64,000 bases of DNA from Auanema rhodensis (taxonomy: Eukaryota > Animalia > Nematoda). Shown here piece after piece: positions 12,401 through 26,001 of the stretch. The notes beneath the pieces are model-generated. The model did not search any database. It was not told where the DNA came from and was given only the letters and a program-made list of their open reading frames with translations. The position numbers were made by a program, and so were the translations under genes. The stretch's first letter is position 1; each line of letters starts with the position of its first letter. The stretch spans positions 16,120,001-16,184,000 of the forward strand of contig OZ059895.1 in NCBI GenBank assembly GCA_964057225.1, in the 5' to 3' direction.

Positions 12401-13089
12401 ACAAGATTTGTTCACAAAAAAGTTCAGGCTGTACACACGTTGTGCCCGGTGAATGTTCGGTTTTCTCGAAGTACATCGATTGAAATCAACTAAAAATACT
12501 TTGAGGTTGGGTAGTCAGATGTGTAGAATCTGAAATTCCAAATGAGATTTGGCGAGGTATTCTCCAGTTTCCGGAAAAATGGTTTATATCGACCCCATCC
12601 ACAAGATTTGTTCACAAAAAAGTTCAGGCTGTACACACGTTGTGCCCGGTGAATGTTCGGTTTTCTCGAAGTACATCGATTGAAATCAACTAAAAATACT
12701 TTGAGGTTGGGTAGTCAGATGTGTAGAATCTGAAATTCCAAATGAGATTTGGCGAGGTATTCTCCAGTTTCCGGAAAAATGGTTTATATCGACCCCATCC
12801 ACAAGATTTGTTCACAAAAAAGTTCAGGCTGTACACACGTTGTGCCCGGTGAATGTTCGGTTTTCTCAAAGTACATCGATTGAAATCAAATAAAAATACT
12901 TTGAGGTTGGGTAGTCAGATGTGTAGAATCTGAAACTCCAAATGAGATTTGGCTAGGTATTCTCCAGTTTCTGGAAAAATGGTTTATATCGACCCCATCC
13001 ACAAGATTTGTTCACAAAAAAGTTCAGGCTGTACACACGTTGTGCCCGCTGAATGTTCGGTTTTCTCAAAGTACATCGATTGAAATCAA
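3421..13089. repeat. Tandem satellite, 200-bp monomer, 48 full copies plus a 69-bp partial copy
   Basis: The unit AGTTCAGGCTGTACACACG...TTCACAAAAA recurs every 200 bp from 3421 to 13021 with substitutions only and no indels. Confidence 0.99.
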
Positions 13090-13126
13090 TAAAACAAAGA
13101 AAAACAGTCTTTTGTCTGTTAGGCCA

Positions 13127-13446
13127 TACCTTGTTTGGTATCTCATATGGGTTTCACTTTTCACCCGTTCACAACTATTTAGCCAATGAAACAATACATT
13201 TACGGATAATTTAACCCTCAGGGCATTACCTGGAAGAAAACATACTGAACAGGTGTAAAACATTCTCCCCGGCCGGGAATTGAACCCGGGTCTCGCATGT
13301 GACAGACGCGGATACTCATCACTATACTACCGAGGATATGAGGCTACACGTTATCAGAATACCAACGTTACGATTCTAAGTCTCTCCCTTAGCTTCAATG
13401 ATCACAATTTCCTGAAAAGAAAAACTGTAGTATAGAAGTAATTTTA
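13127..13446 (-). repeat. Right arm of the inverted repeat pairing with 1-403
   Basis: Reverse complement of the window start; begins about 35 bp after the end of the satellite. Confidence 0.95.
13265..13336 (-). tRNA. tRNA-Asp (GTC), variant copy with D-loop GG>GA; possibly impaired
   Basis: Identical to 110-181 except at 13319 (D-loop AGTGGTGA to AGTGATGA). Confidence 0.9.
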
Positions 13447-15354
13447 TAACATGAAGAACAACCGGTCAAGTGCTATTATAATTCAAAAATGAAGTAAGCG
13501 TGTGGATGTACGTGGATCTCACGTGAAACTCTCAAGATATTCATGAAATTAATACTTCAGATTGTAAGGGACGCGCGAACAGAGATCCTTAAACTTGAAG
13601 TTAAACATCCGAAATTTCTCATTATATCAGATATGGATTGAACCATGTAAAAGCGATGATTATGAAACAGTGGAAGTGTTGGCATGAACATCGTTGAATC
13701 TGAAAAAAAGAAAAAGTTATCGTGAGAAGAACTTCCTCTTTTAGAATATTTATTTATCGAATAATAATAAATTTTTAATCCGTATGATTAAGAGAAAGAT
13801 ATCCGCTAACGATGTGGAAGATTGAGGAAGAAAGACAAAGGATCCTGAAGATCAAGTTAACATGGATATGTTCGATTATATACAGTTGTGAAGGAACTAA
13901 TTTCTTTTTCCAAGCGGAGTTCTAAGAATATCAAATTTTGAAATTTCCGTTTTGTCACGTTTTCATGTTGTACAGCAAGCTTCTCACATCTTCCCCCATT
14001 CAATTGATAATCAGCAGTTAGTCCCTCTACTTGTGTGTTCACCTCATTGTTCTTTCTCTCTAATACCTACCTAGAATGACAAAGGGAGAGAAGCTTGATG
14101 AGATGAAATCTCTTGACCTATTCCTTTGATAGTCAATTTTACTTTTTTTTTAACGAGTTACATCTTTTTGCTTTTTCTTCGACAACCTTGGACTTGAGTA
14201 GATTGATAGAGTAGTATGGGGGGTGATCTTCCGATGTGAACTATAAATATATCTTTACTATATGTATAGATAACTTGCATATCTAGCTTTATTATGCTAT
14301 TTTTAGTTATTTGCTCATAAACACATAGATTTTCAATGTAATTCAAGTTTTTTCAATCTTATTTCGTCATTAACGAAAAGAAAATTTTAACATTTTACGT
14401 AATCATCTTCATTATGATCGTTGTACATCATTGTCGTTGCTATGCTAACGTGTTGTTCTTCAATGATTATTATATGTAATATTTAAATAAAATGCTTCTA
14501 CACATAGTTAAACAACAGAATTGAAACTTTTTCATTGAAAATTTAAAAACAAACAAACTCATAAAAACTCTATATCTCTGTAATGGAAATGCGTCAACAT
14601 ATAAGAAAAACATATAAAAATTATGAAAATTATAAGAAAAAAAGAAGAAGAAGAAGAAAATAAAAATTGAATTATCGTGGGAAAAATATAGAGGAGATTA
14701 AGGTTGAAGATGGCTGCTATACATAGTAGCATGTTATGATGTTTGATGTCTGATGAGAGAGAGCTGCAACTCTTCTGAATCATCATCATCATCATGTTTT
14801 GTTCGAAACAACTATCTTCAATGTATATTACATATAATACATATAGTATAATATGCCTTATATAGTATTGACATTCTAGTTGGACTAGCAAGTATGAAAT
14901 CACAGATTTTACACGAAACAGACACACACACACCAAAAAAAAAACAAAAAAAAAATAATTGAAACTATAAAGAGAAAAATGAATTGTTTGTATATATCAA
15001 TTATATATGAAGAAATATGAAGTGAAACAATAAGCACTGAGAAGAACCAACTGTCTATAACTCTGGAAGAATCATGAAGAAAGAGAGGGAGAGAGAGAGA
15101 GATAGAGAGAGAGAGAGGGAGAGAAGGGAAGGGGTAAAAAGATGATTGCAGATTGTTTTGGTTATTATGAGAATCGGCACATACATTAGCATTTCTTGGG
15201 AATTAATTGATAACACCGGTAGAAGTACCACGGTTAAACTTCGTTATGATTACGATATGGTCAGGGTTTGGGATCCAGGTGAGACAAAGAGGATTCTGGA
15301 GCAGCTACATCTAGTTGTGAATGAGTACAGCAAATGGAATATGGAGGGAGACGA

Positions 15355-15356
<2 letters not shown>

Positions 15357-15412
<56 letters not shown>

Positions 15413-15420
15413 AGAGAGAG
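15357..15420 (+). repeat. (GA)n microsatellite
   Basis: Near-pure GA run. Similar runs at about 15081-15125, 15796-15850, 16213-16282, 18697-18762, 21105-21177, 22612-22672, 23089-23180, 23897-23952, 24281-24345, 24600-24648, 25950-25996 and 29674-29710. Confidence 0.97.
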
Positions 15421-15792
15421 TGATTGTGTCAATTCAAATTCTGTTATTCACAGAGAAGGAAAGGAAGCTTATGAGGAGAGAGGGGCAAAGAATTCAAATT
15501 GAAACTATAAATTGAAGAATTTGTTGATTATAATATTATATTTATAATATATAAATTGTATAAATAATCTATTTTGCTCTATAAATGGTCTGTAGAGACG
15601 CATTGAACCCGGGTTCTTCAAATTGAACATTAAAGAGAATAAATAGGTCGACGTGTGATAATTGTGAAAAACAAAATTTTTGTATTAATATTTGAAAAAA
15701 AAAAAAATCTAATTCGTATTATGTGATTACTGTATATCTGTAGCTATCGGTTTGCTTTTGAGAGACAGACAGATTGAATACAATACGTTGGG

Positions 15793-15856
<64 letters not shown>

Positions 15857-16228
15857 AAGAAGAGAAAAAGTTGGTGGTGCAAAAGAAGGAGCTACAAAGA
15901 AAAAGGTGAATTTAGGAGAGAAAAGGAGGGTGAAGGGGTAGAGGGCGACAAATAACCTGCCAGCTTTCATTAAAAAAATTGTAAATTTAAAATGAAAACA
16001 AACAAAAAATAAAAAAATTATTATCTAGATAAAGGTAATGAAAAGGTTAGAGATGGGGATCATTTTCTTTTTTCTATTAAGATTATTAGAGTTTTTAGCG
16101 GTTGGCAAGATCATGATGCTACTGATGAGGAGACGCTAGATCATTTTTAGAATTTTAATGAATAATGTGGAAACAGGAAACGGTAGAATAGTACCAATAG
16201 TACGATTAGAAGAGATAGATAGAGAGAG

Positions 16229-16259
<31 letters not shown>

Positions 16260-16525
16260 GAGAGGGAGAGAGGGAGAGAGAGAAATAAATAGCAAGAGGG
16301 ACGATGGGAGAAAACGTATGGTGAATGCTATAAGCATCACGTAATTCTGTATAGTAGCAAGTTTTCAAACGATGAACTACGGTCTGATTTTTGTGAAGAA
16401 TTTCCATCCTAATGAGGTGGATTAAACAAACATCAATTGACATTGCCATGCGAAATAGACTATAAAATATTCTATAACCACGTCGGAAGCTGTCTGAAGC
16501 AGATACAACGCTTGGTTCATCTATA

Positions 16526-18705
16526 TCATAGCATCTGATTAAGTATGGCCTGAGGCATGCTATGCTGATTGAATGCGTTCATTGTTGGCCCAAGATGCTG
16601 TTGACCCAAGCTGAGCATATGCTGTGACATATCGTTAATAGGATGTCCATGATTCTGTTGACTTAGAGCTAGAAGTGATGTAACAGAGGTGGATGTCGAT
16701 TGTAATGGACCAAAGAGTGTTAAGCAGTCGCTGCCATTCAGAGCATTCAGATGATGATCAACGCTATTGGTAGCCAGTACACCACCACCAGTTGCAGAAG
16801 CAGCAGCCGCAGCAGAAACGGATGATCGAATAGCTCCAGAAGCTGTTATATCACTAACAGATGGATTAGATACTGTAGAGCTTGTGCTAGAATTCGATGG
16901 ACCGATATTCAGAAGACCATTACGCATAGCTGAATGCTGAAAGTTCATTAATAACTAGAAGAATTGATGTATGTCTAAAGGCTTCTTTGATTTCATATAA
17001 TAAGATATAATTAACTGACGTCATCATTGCTGGTTGTTGATGCGTTTGAATGAGTAGCTTCATGTCCCATTTGTTGCGAGCGCTGTCTGAAGGATCGACC
17101 ACAGAACTGGCAATTAAATGGTTTCGAGCCTAAACACAACGACGTCAAACATGCTGATCGAAGCGAATTAGCAAGAGATAGTATACAGATGACAGCAGAG
17201 CTTTTCGTATAAAGCTAATAAGCGAGCAATAGCCTAATAGGCTCAATTAGCATTTAGATATGAGATACAAACCTGTATGTATACGCTCATGCTGATCTAC
17301 ATGACTCTTCTGGGTGAAACGCTTTGTGCAATACGTACAAGCATATGGACGTTCGTTATTATGAATTCTCATATGTTGTTGTAAGCCTCCTCGAGCCTGA
17401 AAATGAGCATCATCAGCTTTATCATCATCATCATCATCATCATCATGTTCATCATCAACAGCATCATCGTTGTCGTCATCATCAGTTAACAGCATTGTGC
17501 ACAGCATGATCATCAACATGCATGTATTGCCGATGTCGTAGCAGGACGCAGAATGTCCAAAAAACACAAAACACAACACAAGCATTTTTATATGTTTTTT
17601 CAATTTTTCTAATCAAAAAATGAGCCAATCAAAACAAACAAAAAATTATTTTAGCTGCGCTTTATCCGATCATATTGCTTCAAATGCTGCTTTCTTCAAC
17701 TTGGGTTCAACATGTTGCTGCTGTTACTGCTATACCTACTACAGCTAACTGAGGTATGCGCTTCTCTGATGAGACAGCAGAGAAGCATAAACACGTGAGC
17801 TTTCTTGGCTGTTTATTAATCTCTTTAAAAAGCTTAATACCTTAAATCGTTTTCCACAATGAGAACATTCATGACTACGAATCAGACGACAATCTTGCAT
17901 ATGATTCTCTAACTGAAACGACAAACGTGAGAATGAGAAAAATTTTGTTTTAAGCACAAAAAAAAACTGAAAAGGCGCCAATAGAAGATTTTCGAAAAAA
18001 AACTAACCGATGCTGGATCTGCAGCCTTTTTGGGACAAAATTGGCATTTGAGCATGCCATCTTGTGAAGAACGACTTCGTCGGCTACTGATCTGTAGACG
18101 TGCCAAGTTGGTTGATGAAGTGGGAGTAGTACTATCTTCTGTCGATGAGCAGCGCACGCCGTAACCTGAACATAGGACAAGATGATTATCATAATGATTG
18201 TTGCTTTCAAGGCAATTAGATGGACATGTCAGCAAGCATGTAGTGAGAAGTAGAGAAGGGAGGAAGGTAGGAAGGGATAGGGATGGTAGGCTTATTACCT
18301 ATATGAACTTGACGATAGAGTGATTGCTGATAATCCATGCTTTCCATTGGCTCAATTTTCATAGCATTCATCATGGCTTCACTAGTAGTGCCAACACAAG
18401 CTTCTGAAGATGAAATTGAAAAAGATGAATGAACTTAAAGAAAAATGAAAAAAGTGAGAATACGAGATTTCTAATTTCAAAGATATTTCTCTTTTTCTTC
18501 GAAAAAATATATAAATTATAATTAACTATTTGTATACAAGTTATTTATATATTTTAAATAAGCTGTTGTTTTTCTTTTTGTTTCAAAAATTAGTTTGAAA
18601 TAGAATTTTTGGGATTAAATTGGAATAATTTGCGAAGATAAACATGTATATATGTATATCTGATAAATTGAAGATGATGATGAATTTCCGTTGAAATAGA
18701 GAGAG

Positions 18706-18762
<57 letters not shown>

Positions 18763-19570
18763 AAGCTGAAAGTATCAAGATAAGAGAAAATACTAAAGAA
18801 ATAGAAAAAGAAAGAGTTATACCTGGTTTACGTGTCTGTGGAGGTGTTGCTGAGGCTGATGAAGGTGAGCACGATGATGATGTAGTGGCGGACACATCAC
18901 TCGATGGAGCATCACATCTGAAAGAGAAAAATGATTTTTAAAATAATTCATTTTCGCAGCAAAAAAAGATGATTTACATATAGTATATATAGTATATATC
19001 TACATGTATATATAATTATATTAATTATACTAATCATATTGACATCACAGGAGCTGAAAAGGTACATGTGCAATGCTCAAATCATCAGTAAAAACTGATG
19101 TTCTCCATCTGTAGCTGAAGCTGATGATGATAAAGATTATAATGCACTTAGGTTTCAGCTTATCAGCTTGAAACATCGGCAGAGTAAATCTAATAGTTAA
19201 TTAGATGATCAATGCGCCTGCCGCCGTCATAACGGCTATTTCGATGAAAACTGCAAGCTTATAGCTACTTCAAGCAATATCAACTACGTCACATCGGCGA
19301 AAATTAGTATCTGTTGTTGGTAATAGCTTTGCCTATTTAGCTATCTATCACTATGTAGCGTATTTCAGCACTAGCACAGCTTGCTCATTGAGCTTGATAT
19401 GAGATGAGCTGATGGGTATGCGCTAACATCAGCTTGTTAAATAATGGAAATATATGACATTGTTCATACTGTAATGCTTTAGAAGAAATAGATTATGGTG
19501 GTGGAAGAATTACAGGATAAAAGAGGGAATTCAGGTAATTATTTACGAATTTTTGTTCCTTCTTGTTGTT

Positions 19571-19615
<45 letters not shown>

Positions 19616-19887
19616 GCTTATAGTGACTCTTCGGGATTTCCTTGCTGACGGTACGTGTTTTTCATTCTGATTTATGCTGATACGTGTTGAAACCCGTAAC
19701 GTATTCGGAACAATATATGGGAGAGAGAGGGAAAGAGAAAGAAAGAGAGAGAGAGAGAAAGGGAAAGGAAGTGAGGGAATAGGCGATAGAGAGAAAAAGT
19801 TTCAAATGAACTTCGCAACAGCCAACAGAGTGAGAGAGTGACCAAACACTGCTGATATAAGCACGTACAGACATAGACATTCACACG

Positions 19888-19918
<31 letters not shown>

Positions 19919-21127
19919 CTGCTCACTATAACGGGTTGTTGCTGTCGTAGAGAAGCATGGCAGGTGGTGGGCATCATCTTCGCCAAGCCATCCATGCCCA
20001 GCATCTGGTGATGCTCCTGAACAGAGTTTGAATAAATTTGATTAAAATACAAAATGAAAGATAATGAATAATAACGAAATGGAAAAAGAATAGAAGAACA
20101 AGAATGAGGTTGAACAATGATTTAGAAGAGGAGATTCAGATTGATGTTTAATGGCGTCGTTCAAAATGAAAAAAGTACGTTGAGATGTAACAGATGAAAT
20201 AAATAAAAAAACAACCGGTTATGCAAAATCGAAGCAGAAATGAACATGATCGACGTCAGTAGCTTCACGTTACACGTGAACTGTACGAGAGGGTAACAGC
20301 TCATTATGCTAATGAAGTGTATTCGATAAGCAGATCAAATCTACGAAAACTATTTTAAGAGATTAGAACTCAATGGGCCAAGAAAAAACTTCATTTCCAT
20401 CGGAAAGAACGAGACCAGCGCGAAAACGGAAAAAGCTGAGAAGATACGGAGAGTTTTCGATGGAAAGCACAATGATGAGACCAGACAAGGCCAGAAGTGG
20501 ATATGATTTGAACCGGCTAGGCAAGTGGCTCATGAGGAGCTCTCAACACTGAGCTACATAAACGATCCAGGAGATTGATACATGAACGGTTAGAAGAGCA
20601 ATATGATGAGAAAGCTTTCTGGTAGCCGAATGCAAGATGCAAACCTATGAACGAAGAAGGTAATGCTTGGATGTGATAGTAAAGTGCTATTAGCTGGCAA
20701 TTAGCTCGTTTGTGAGCTGATTGGAAGAAAAAATGAAAACTGTTGGGATAGTGGGTGTGAGTGGAAAGGTATCAAGTAAGTAGAATACTTGTAGACAAGC
20801 TTTGAAGAGTGGAAGGAAGAGCAGTGCGTGAGATAAACGATATGACAACACGTGGGACAATATGAAGATGATGAAGGAGAAGCAAGAGATGAAAATGAAA
20901 AAGCATATTGAGGGAGAAGATGGAAAAAGGAGAGAAGCAGCACTAAGATAATCGAATAACATATCAGATACAACCTATAAAGCTTAGATCATGTTGTCAG
21001 CATTGAACATGATTTTCTTTGTCAGTTGAAGAGTTAAAGAAATAGTTATGTCCCATAGAGAGAAAGAAAATGACAGAGAAGGAGGCGTGAAAAAATGACA
21101 ACGAGAGAAAGAAAGAGAAAGAGAGAC

Positions 21128-21183
<56 letters not shown>

Positions 21184-24100
21184 GGTGAGAGGGGAAGTAT
21201 AACTATATGTGCATGTCTAGGTAGAATTATGGAAGAACGGTTACCGAAACGGCATTGCCCGTATTAGCCTAAGTTGTTGGCTGTAGACAAGGCGCTCCTG
21301 ACGTCGCCGAAAATAAACATTCCAAGTGATCTTCATACTTTCTGCCTCCAATCTTGCTTGTCTCTCTCACGAGGTTGTATCTCTAACCTTCGTTTTCTTC
21401 CTTCCGCTCGTATTCTCTCCCTCATTCTCTTTATCTTTTCGTCAGAGAAAAGAATCATTATATCTCTACTTCTCTGTGTTTTTTATTTTTTTTTTGTAAA
21501 AAATCATGATAAATTGCAAATACTAATCATAAATTGATATGTAATTCATCGTTTTGGACGATAAAAATGAATCAAATTTTCTCAAATATCAACAACTGTG
21601 TTCAGTTTCTTGTCAAACAACACTTCATCAAGGTCACAAACGCCGGTGAGCTCATCATTTGCGTCTGTACTAAACAGACGGAGCAAGGCTGAGCCGGTAG
21701 AAGTGAAATGAAACGAGAAAAAAAGTTTGTGTTCTCATAAAAAGTGTTTCATCGACAATCACAATGTTCTTCGTTTTTTGGCTTCTTCGTGTGCTTTCTC
21801 ATCTCTCTCTCTCTCTCGCGCGCGCTCACGGGCACTTACTGATTATCTGCTCTTTTTATGTTTTGGACATAGGACATCTTCTTTGGGAACGGAAATGAGA
21901 AAAATGTTTCATCTCATCATTCTAACTCTCCTACTACTTATCAGATCATTCTGTTGTACCTCTGGAAGAGATACAACTCGCGTGGCTTATCTCAAAGCTA
22001 CAAGTTCGTAACAGCAAGTAGACAATGTGCATTCTATTCATAGATCTATTCACGGTATGTATGTGTTGAAGAGACAGTCAGGACGAAACATGTAGCAGCA
22101 TAAGTTGTTGTCAAGTCTCTTGGATGACCGCAAGAGCACAGGAGTATATGAGGAAGACAAAGACGACGACGATGATAACAACAGTGACGACGTCAGTATC
22201 TTCATCTTCTTCTTTCAATAGTTTAGAAAAGAAAAAAAGAATTTTGAGCATCTTCAATAGGTCATCATCATAGCATTAGGTCACAAGGTGAAGACCAAAA
22301 TCAGCAATATAAGCATGTGTTGAGGAACGGAATGTTGATTACGTCATTGGGAAAAGTTAAATAGAAAATAACAAACGAGAGAAAGAAGAAGAAGAAGAAG
22401 AAGGAAAAGCTAGAGAAGGACAAGTACTAAGACTATTGTCTTCAGAGCAAGAAAAAAAGTTTATTTTAAAACATTTTTTCACCAAAAAACTGGCGATTCG
22501 ACAGTTTTTTTTTGTTTTTCTTTCTTGAATTTCGGCGTAATTCTTAAAATATAGTTGTAATGAAGAGAAATTAGTTTGGAAACCCGATAAGAAAAGAAAA
22601 AGAAGAGAGGATGAGAGAGAGGGAGAGACAGAGAGCGAGAGAGAGAGAGAGGGAGAGACAGAGAGCGTGAGAAGATCTGTTTTAGAAAAAGCTGAAAAAA
22701 GTAACGAAAGATGGTATAGTAGAATGAAGAAAATTTGATTTTCAATAGTATATTAGATATTATAGTTTATATAGTTAAAATTCAAAAATGCATTAAGTTG
22801 TTAATAAGCTTATGCAAAGCTTGTGAATCTGATGAACAAGAGATGAAGAAGCCAAGTTATTAAACAGAAGATTTGCTGGAAATGAATGAAGGAAAAGTTG
22901 AAAAAAAGTATGAAAATTGGGATTATAGTCGAATGAAGATCTAGTAATCTCTGATAACAATAGAAGCTTAGAAGTCTTTATCCCTTTACAATCTGAACTC
23001 CTGATCTCAAGTTATGCTAAGGAAAGTAATAACAAGGAAAACGAAGAAATGGAGAAAAAGCAAATGCAGATGAATGATCAGCAAGAACAGAGAGAGATAG
23101 AGAGAGAGAGGTAAAGAGAGAGAGGGAGAGAGGTTGAAAGGGAGAGAGTGATTAAGACCGAGAGAGAGAGAGAGAGAGAGAAACAAAATATTTAAAACAT
23201 CGAAAAAAACACTTTTTTTCTATAATATAGCACACAGTTATATAAGATTATATGATTATTATAGTGAAAAAGATAAAGCCATCATGGCATCCTATTACGG
23301 ATTATGTTCATGACTTGTAAAGCTTGTAAGCAATGATGTGCAAACGCATGTTGCTTCTACTCTGCTCATCATGAATCTGGCGGCATATGATGTTTCGAAT
23401 TCATGTATGTATGTATGTTTCATTTCATCTCATCTCATCTCATACTTACATTCGGATTTACATCCACATGGTTGTTGTCAATGAAATTGTATTTGTGTTT
23501 TCATATATCAGCAGCATCAGCAGCAGCATCATCGTCGTCAGACTGATGTTGTGACTCGTCCTATCAACTTCTGATATCTTGGAGAAAACGAAACCATAAC
23601 ATATCAGATGATAGAAACTGTATTGTTGGAATTGGATGCTGAGAATAGAAAAAATTCATTTAAAGTTTGAAAAATGCTTGCCTTTTTCAAACTTCAACTT
23701 GGTATTACCATAGATGGAAGTAAGTATGGTTAACTATATCATATAGTTATTATCATAATTGAAATAAATATTCTGATTTATGACATATCTTTTTTGATTT
23801 AATATGAAACTCTAACTTATCATGATATTCGCAAGTTTTAACATATTCTACAACTTAATCCTAATCTGCTAACTAGAAGCTAAAATAATAAAAGCTGAGA
23901 GAGAGAGAGAAAAAGAAAGAGAGAGAGAGAGAGGGAGAGAGAGAAAGAGAGATATCGTGAGCGAACATGGAGAAAAGGACAAAGGAAACAGATTGAAGAA
24001 AAGCCAAACCGACCAAGCAATAACATGAACTTAAGGCCGAAATGAAGCAATGATTTCTCTCTGGGGAACGAAGTTCGAACTGCATGTGCGAAATGGGCGA

Positions 24101-24296
24101 GGATATGAGACGCAGGAAGACTGAGGCACGCTGAAGTTGAGGCTGCTGTCCTTTGCACTCCATACTCCTGGATTTGATTCAGTTGAGCGTCGTTGTCATT
24201 GTGGTCGTAGGATTAGAAGGACAATATTAATGTAAAAAGGGTGTGGGGGGAAGAGAGAAGGGACATTGAGAACATTAGAGAAAGAGAGAGAGAGAA

Positions 24297-24342
<46 letters not shown>

Positions 24343-24598
24343 GGAAAGAGAGAATAGAGGTATGTCGGAGAGAAAGAAGGGTAGATATGTATAAAGTCTT
24401 AAGAATATCAAGATAGACAAGAAGTCGGAAAAGCTATGATTTTCTGAAACGAAACCGGAAAAGGGAACCGGAAACTTATAAAGAGTATTGAAGTTCTTTA
24501 AGATATGTTCTAAGTTCTGTAATATCAAACGAAATGTTTCTTGAAAATTCATATGATAATAGATGAATGATGAGAGGGAGAGAATAGAGAGCGATTGG

Positions 24599-24652
<54 letters not shown>

Positions 24653-25949
24653 GAAATGTAGACTCATATTCTAAGAATTGGGCTGTATCATAAAGTGAAA
24701 ACGTAAAGAAAATATCAAACTCGGAGCAAAAGCTGACAGGCTCTGGTTTTGCCCCGTTTGCAAGTGCATTCGAACTTGCTTCCATGACGGAGCAAGCTGA
24801 AGAGCAAGAAATAAGATGAAGAAGCCTTCAGCTCTATAACAGGGCAGACGTGAACTACAAGAACGAATGAGCCTCAGCTGGATTATAGTTGAACGAAACT
24901 AAAAATAGAAAAACAACTACAAAGATACATCTTCATGTTGGAGAGAATGAAGAAGTAGGGGGGGGGGGGGGATATCGTTAACATAGTTGAGCAGATTATT
25001 AGCTTTCCAGCATTATGCTGTATTTCTAAAGCTGCAACTTGATTATAGTTACATAAGGTATATCTCAAATGCGTGTATGATATGAATAGTTGGAAAAAGC
25101 TGCAACTTTGTTAGAAAAACTGAATGTACTGACGGGTATGATGAAGAGTGTAGTATAGAGAAACAATTTAAATGATTCTTCATGTTCATTTGCAGTGCTT
25201 CGAGAAAAGGTTAATGATGTCATGACTGCATATCTGGCTATTTAAGACCGGATAACGTCTGATGCACCTTCATCAAGAAGCAGCTCGGAATAATCATCAT
25301 CATCATTATCGTTGGGAGAGCGTCAGTAACATTCATCATCATCTCCAGCTTCATCAGCATAGATCTTTAGCTTTCTATCGATGCTACTCTCTTCTTCATC
25401 ACTATCATCATATTCTCTGTCGATCTCTGAGCTTCATAATCATATTCAGACTTCATGAGAGAGATTGACCAAAGAGGAATAGTTGCTACTGAATGAACTA
25501 TAAGCTGAATACCGGCTTGATGACGTAATTTGAGCCAAAAAAAAGCGCGATGGAAGTTGAGCAGGATGATGAGGATGAGTCAAAAGAAAGGAAAAATGAA
25601 TAGAGCATCACGATATCGTAGTCATAGTATGATTGACGAAGACGACAATAACTTCAACAGCCTAGCGACAATCTTAACTGGCCACACCAGATGTCCTGAG
25701 GGAGAGATTGTAAGACACATACGAGTATTCGCCTTCTGATAACAGCCAAGTAGAACTTCGAACATGTTCGAAGACGAACAAACGCACGAACAAACGCCCA
25801 AACAAAGACAATGAAAATCTTTTTTTCTTCTTTTTTTTTTAAATGAAATCAGAAATACTACTTCGATGTCTAGACGGCCGAGGTTATGCAAAGATAGATT
25901 GATAGGGGAGAAGGAGAGATATAAAACAAGAGAGAAAGAGAAAGAAAGG

Positions 25950-26001
<52 letters not shown>

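Noticed and set aside
3421-13089. CRISPR array or tandem RNA gene cluster (5S, SL, snRNA)
   Set aside because: There are no unique spacers and the context is eukaryotic. I recognise no 5S, spliced-leader or snRNA sequence in the monomer.
1-13446. Autonomous DNA transposon
   Set aside because: No transposase, helicase or integrase coding sequence lies between the arms, and termini or a target-site duplication cannot be seen within the window.
13377-14100. Possible gene ending in a TTTCAG-preceded mini-exon (EIVIIEAKGET*) within the arm
   Set aside because: No upstream exons could be joined into a coherent frame; left unresolved.
15603-15621. tRNA T-arm-like palindrome GAACCCGGGTTC
   Set aside because: No cloverleaf or A box nearby, and the B-box match is incomplete.
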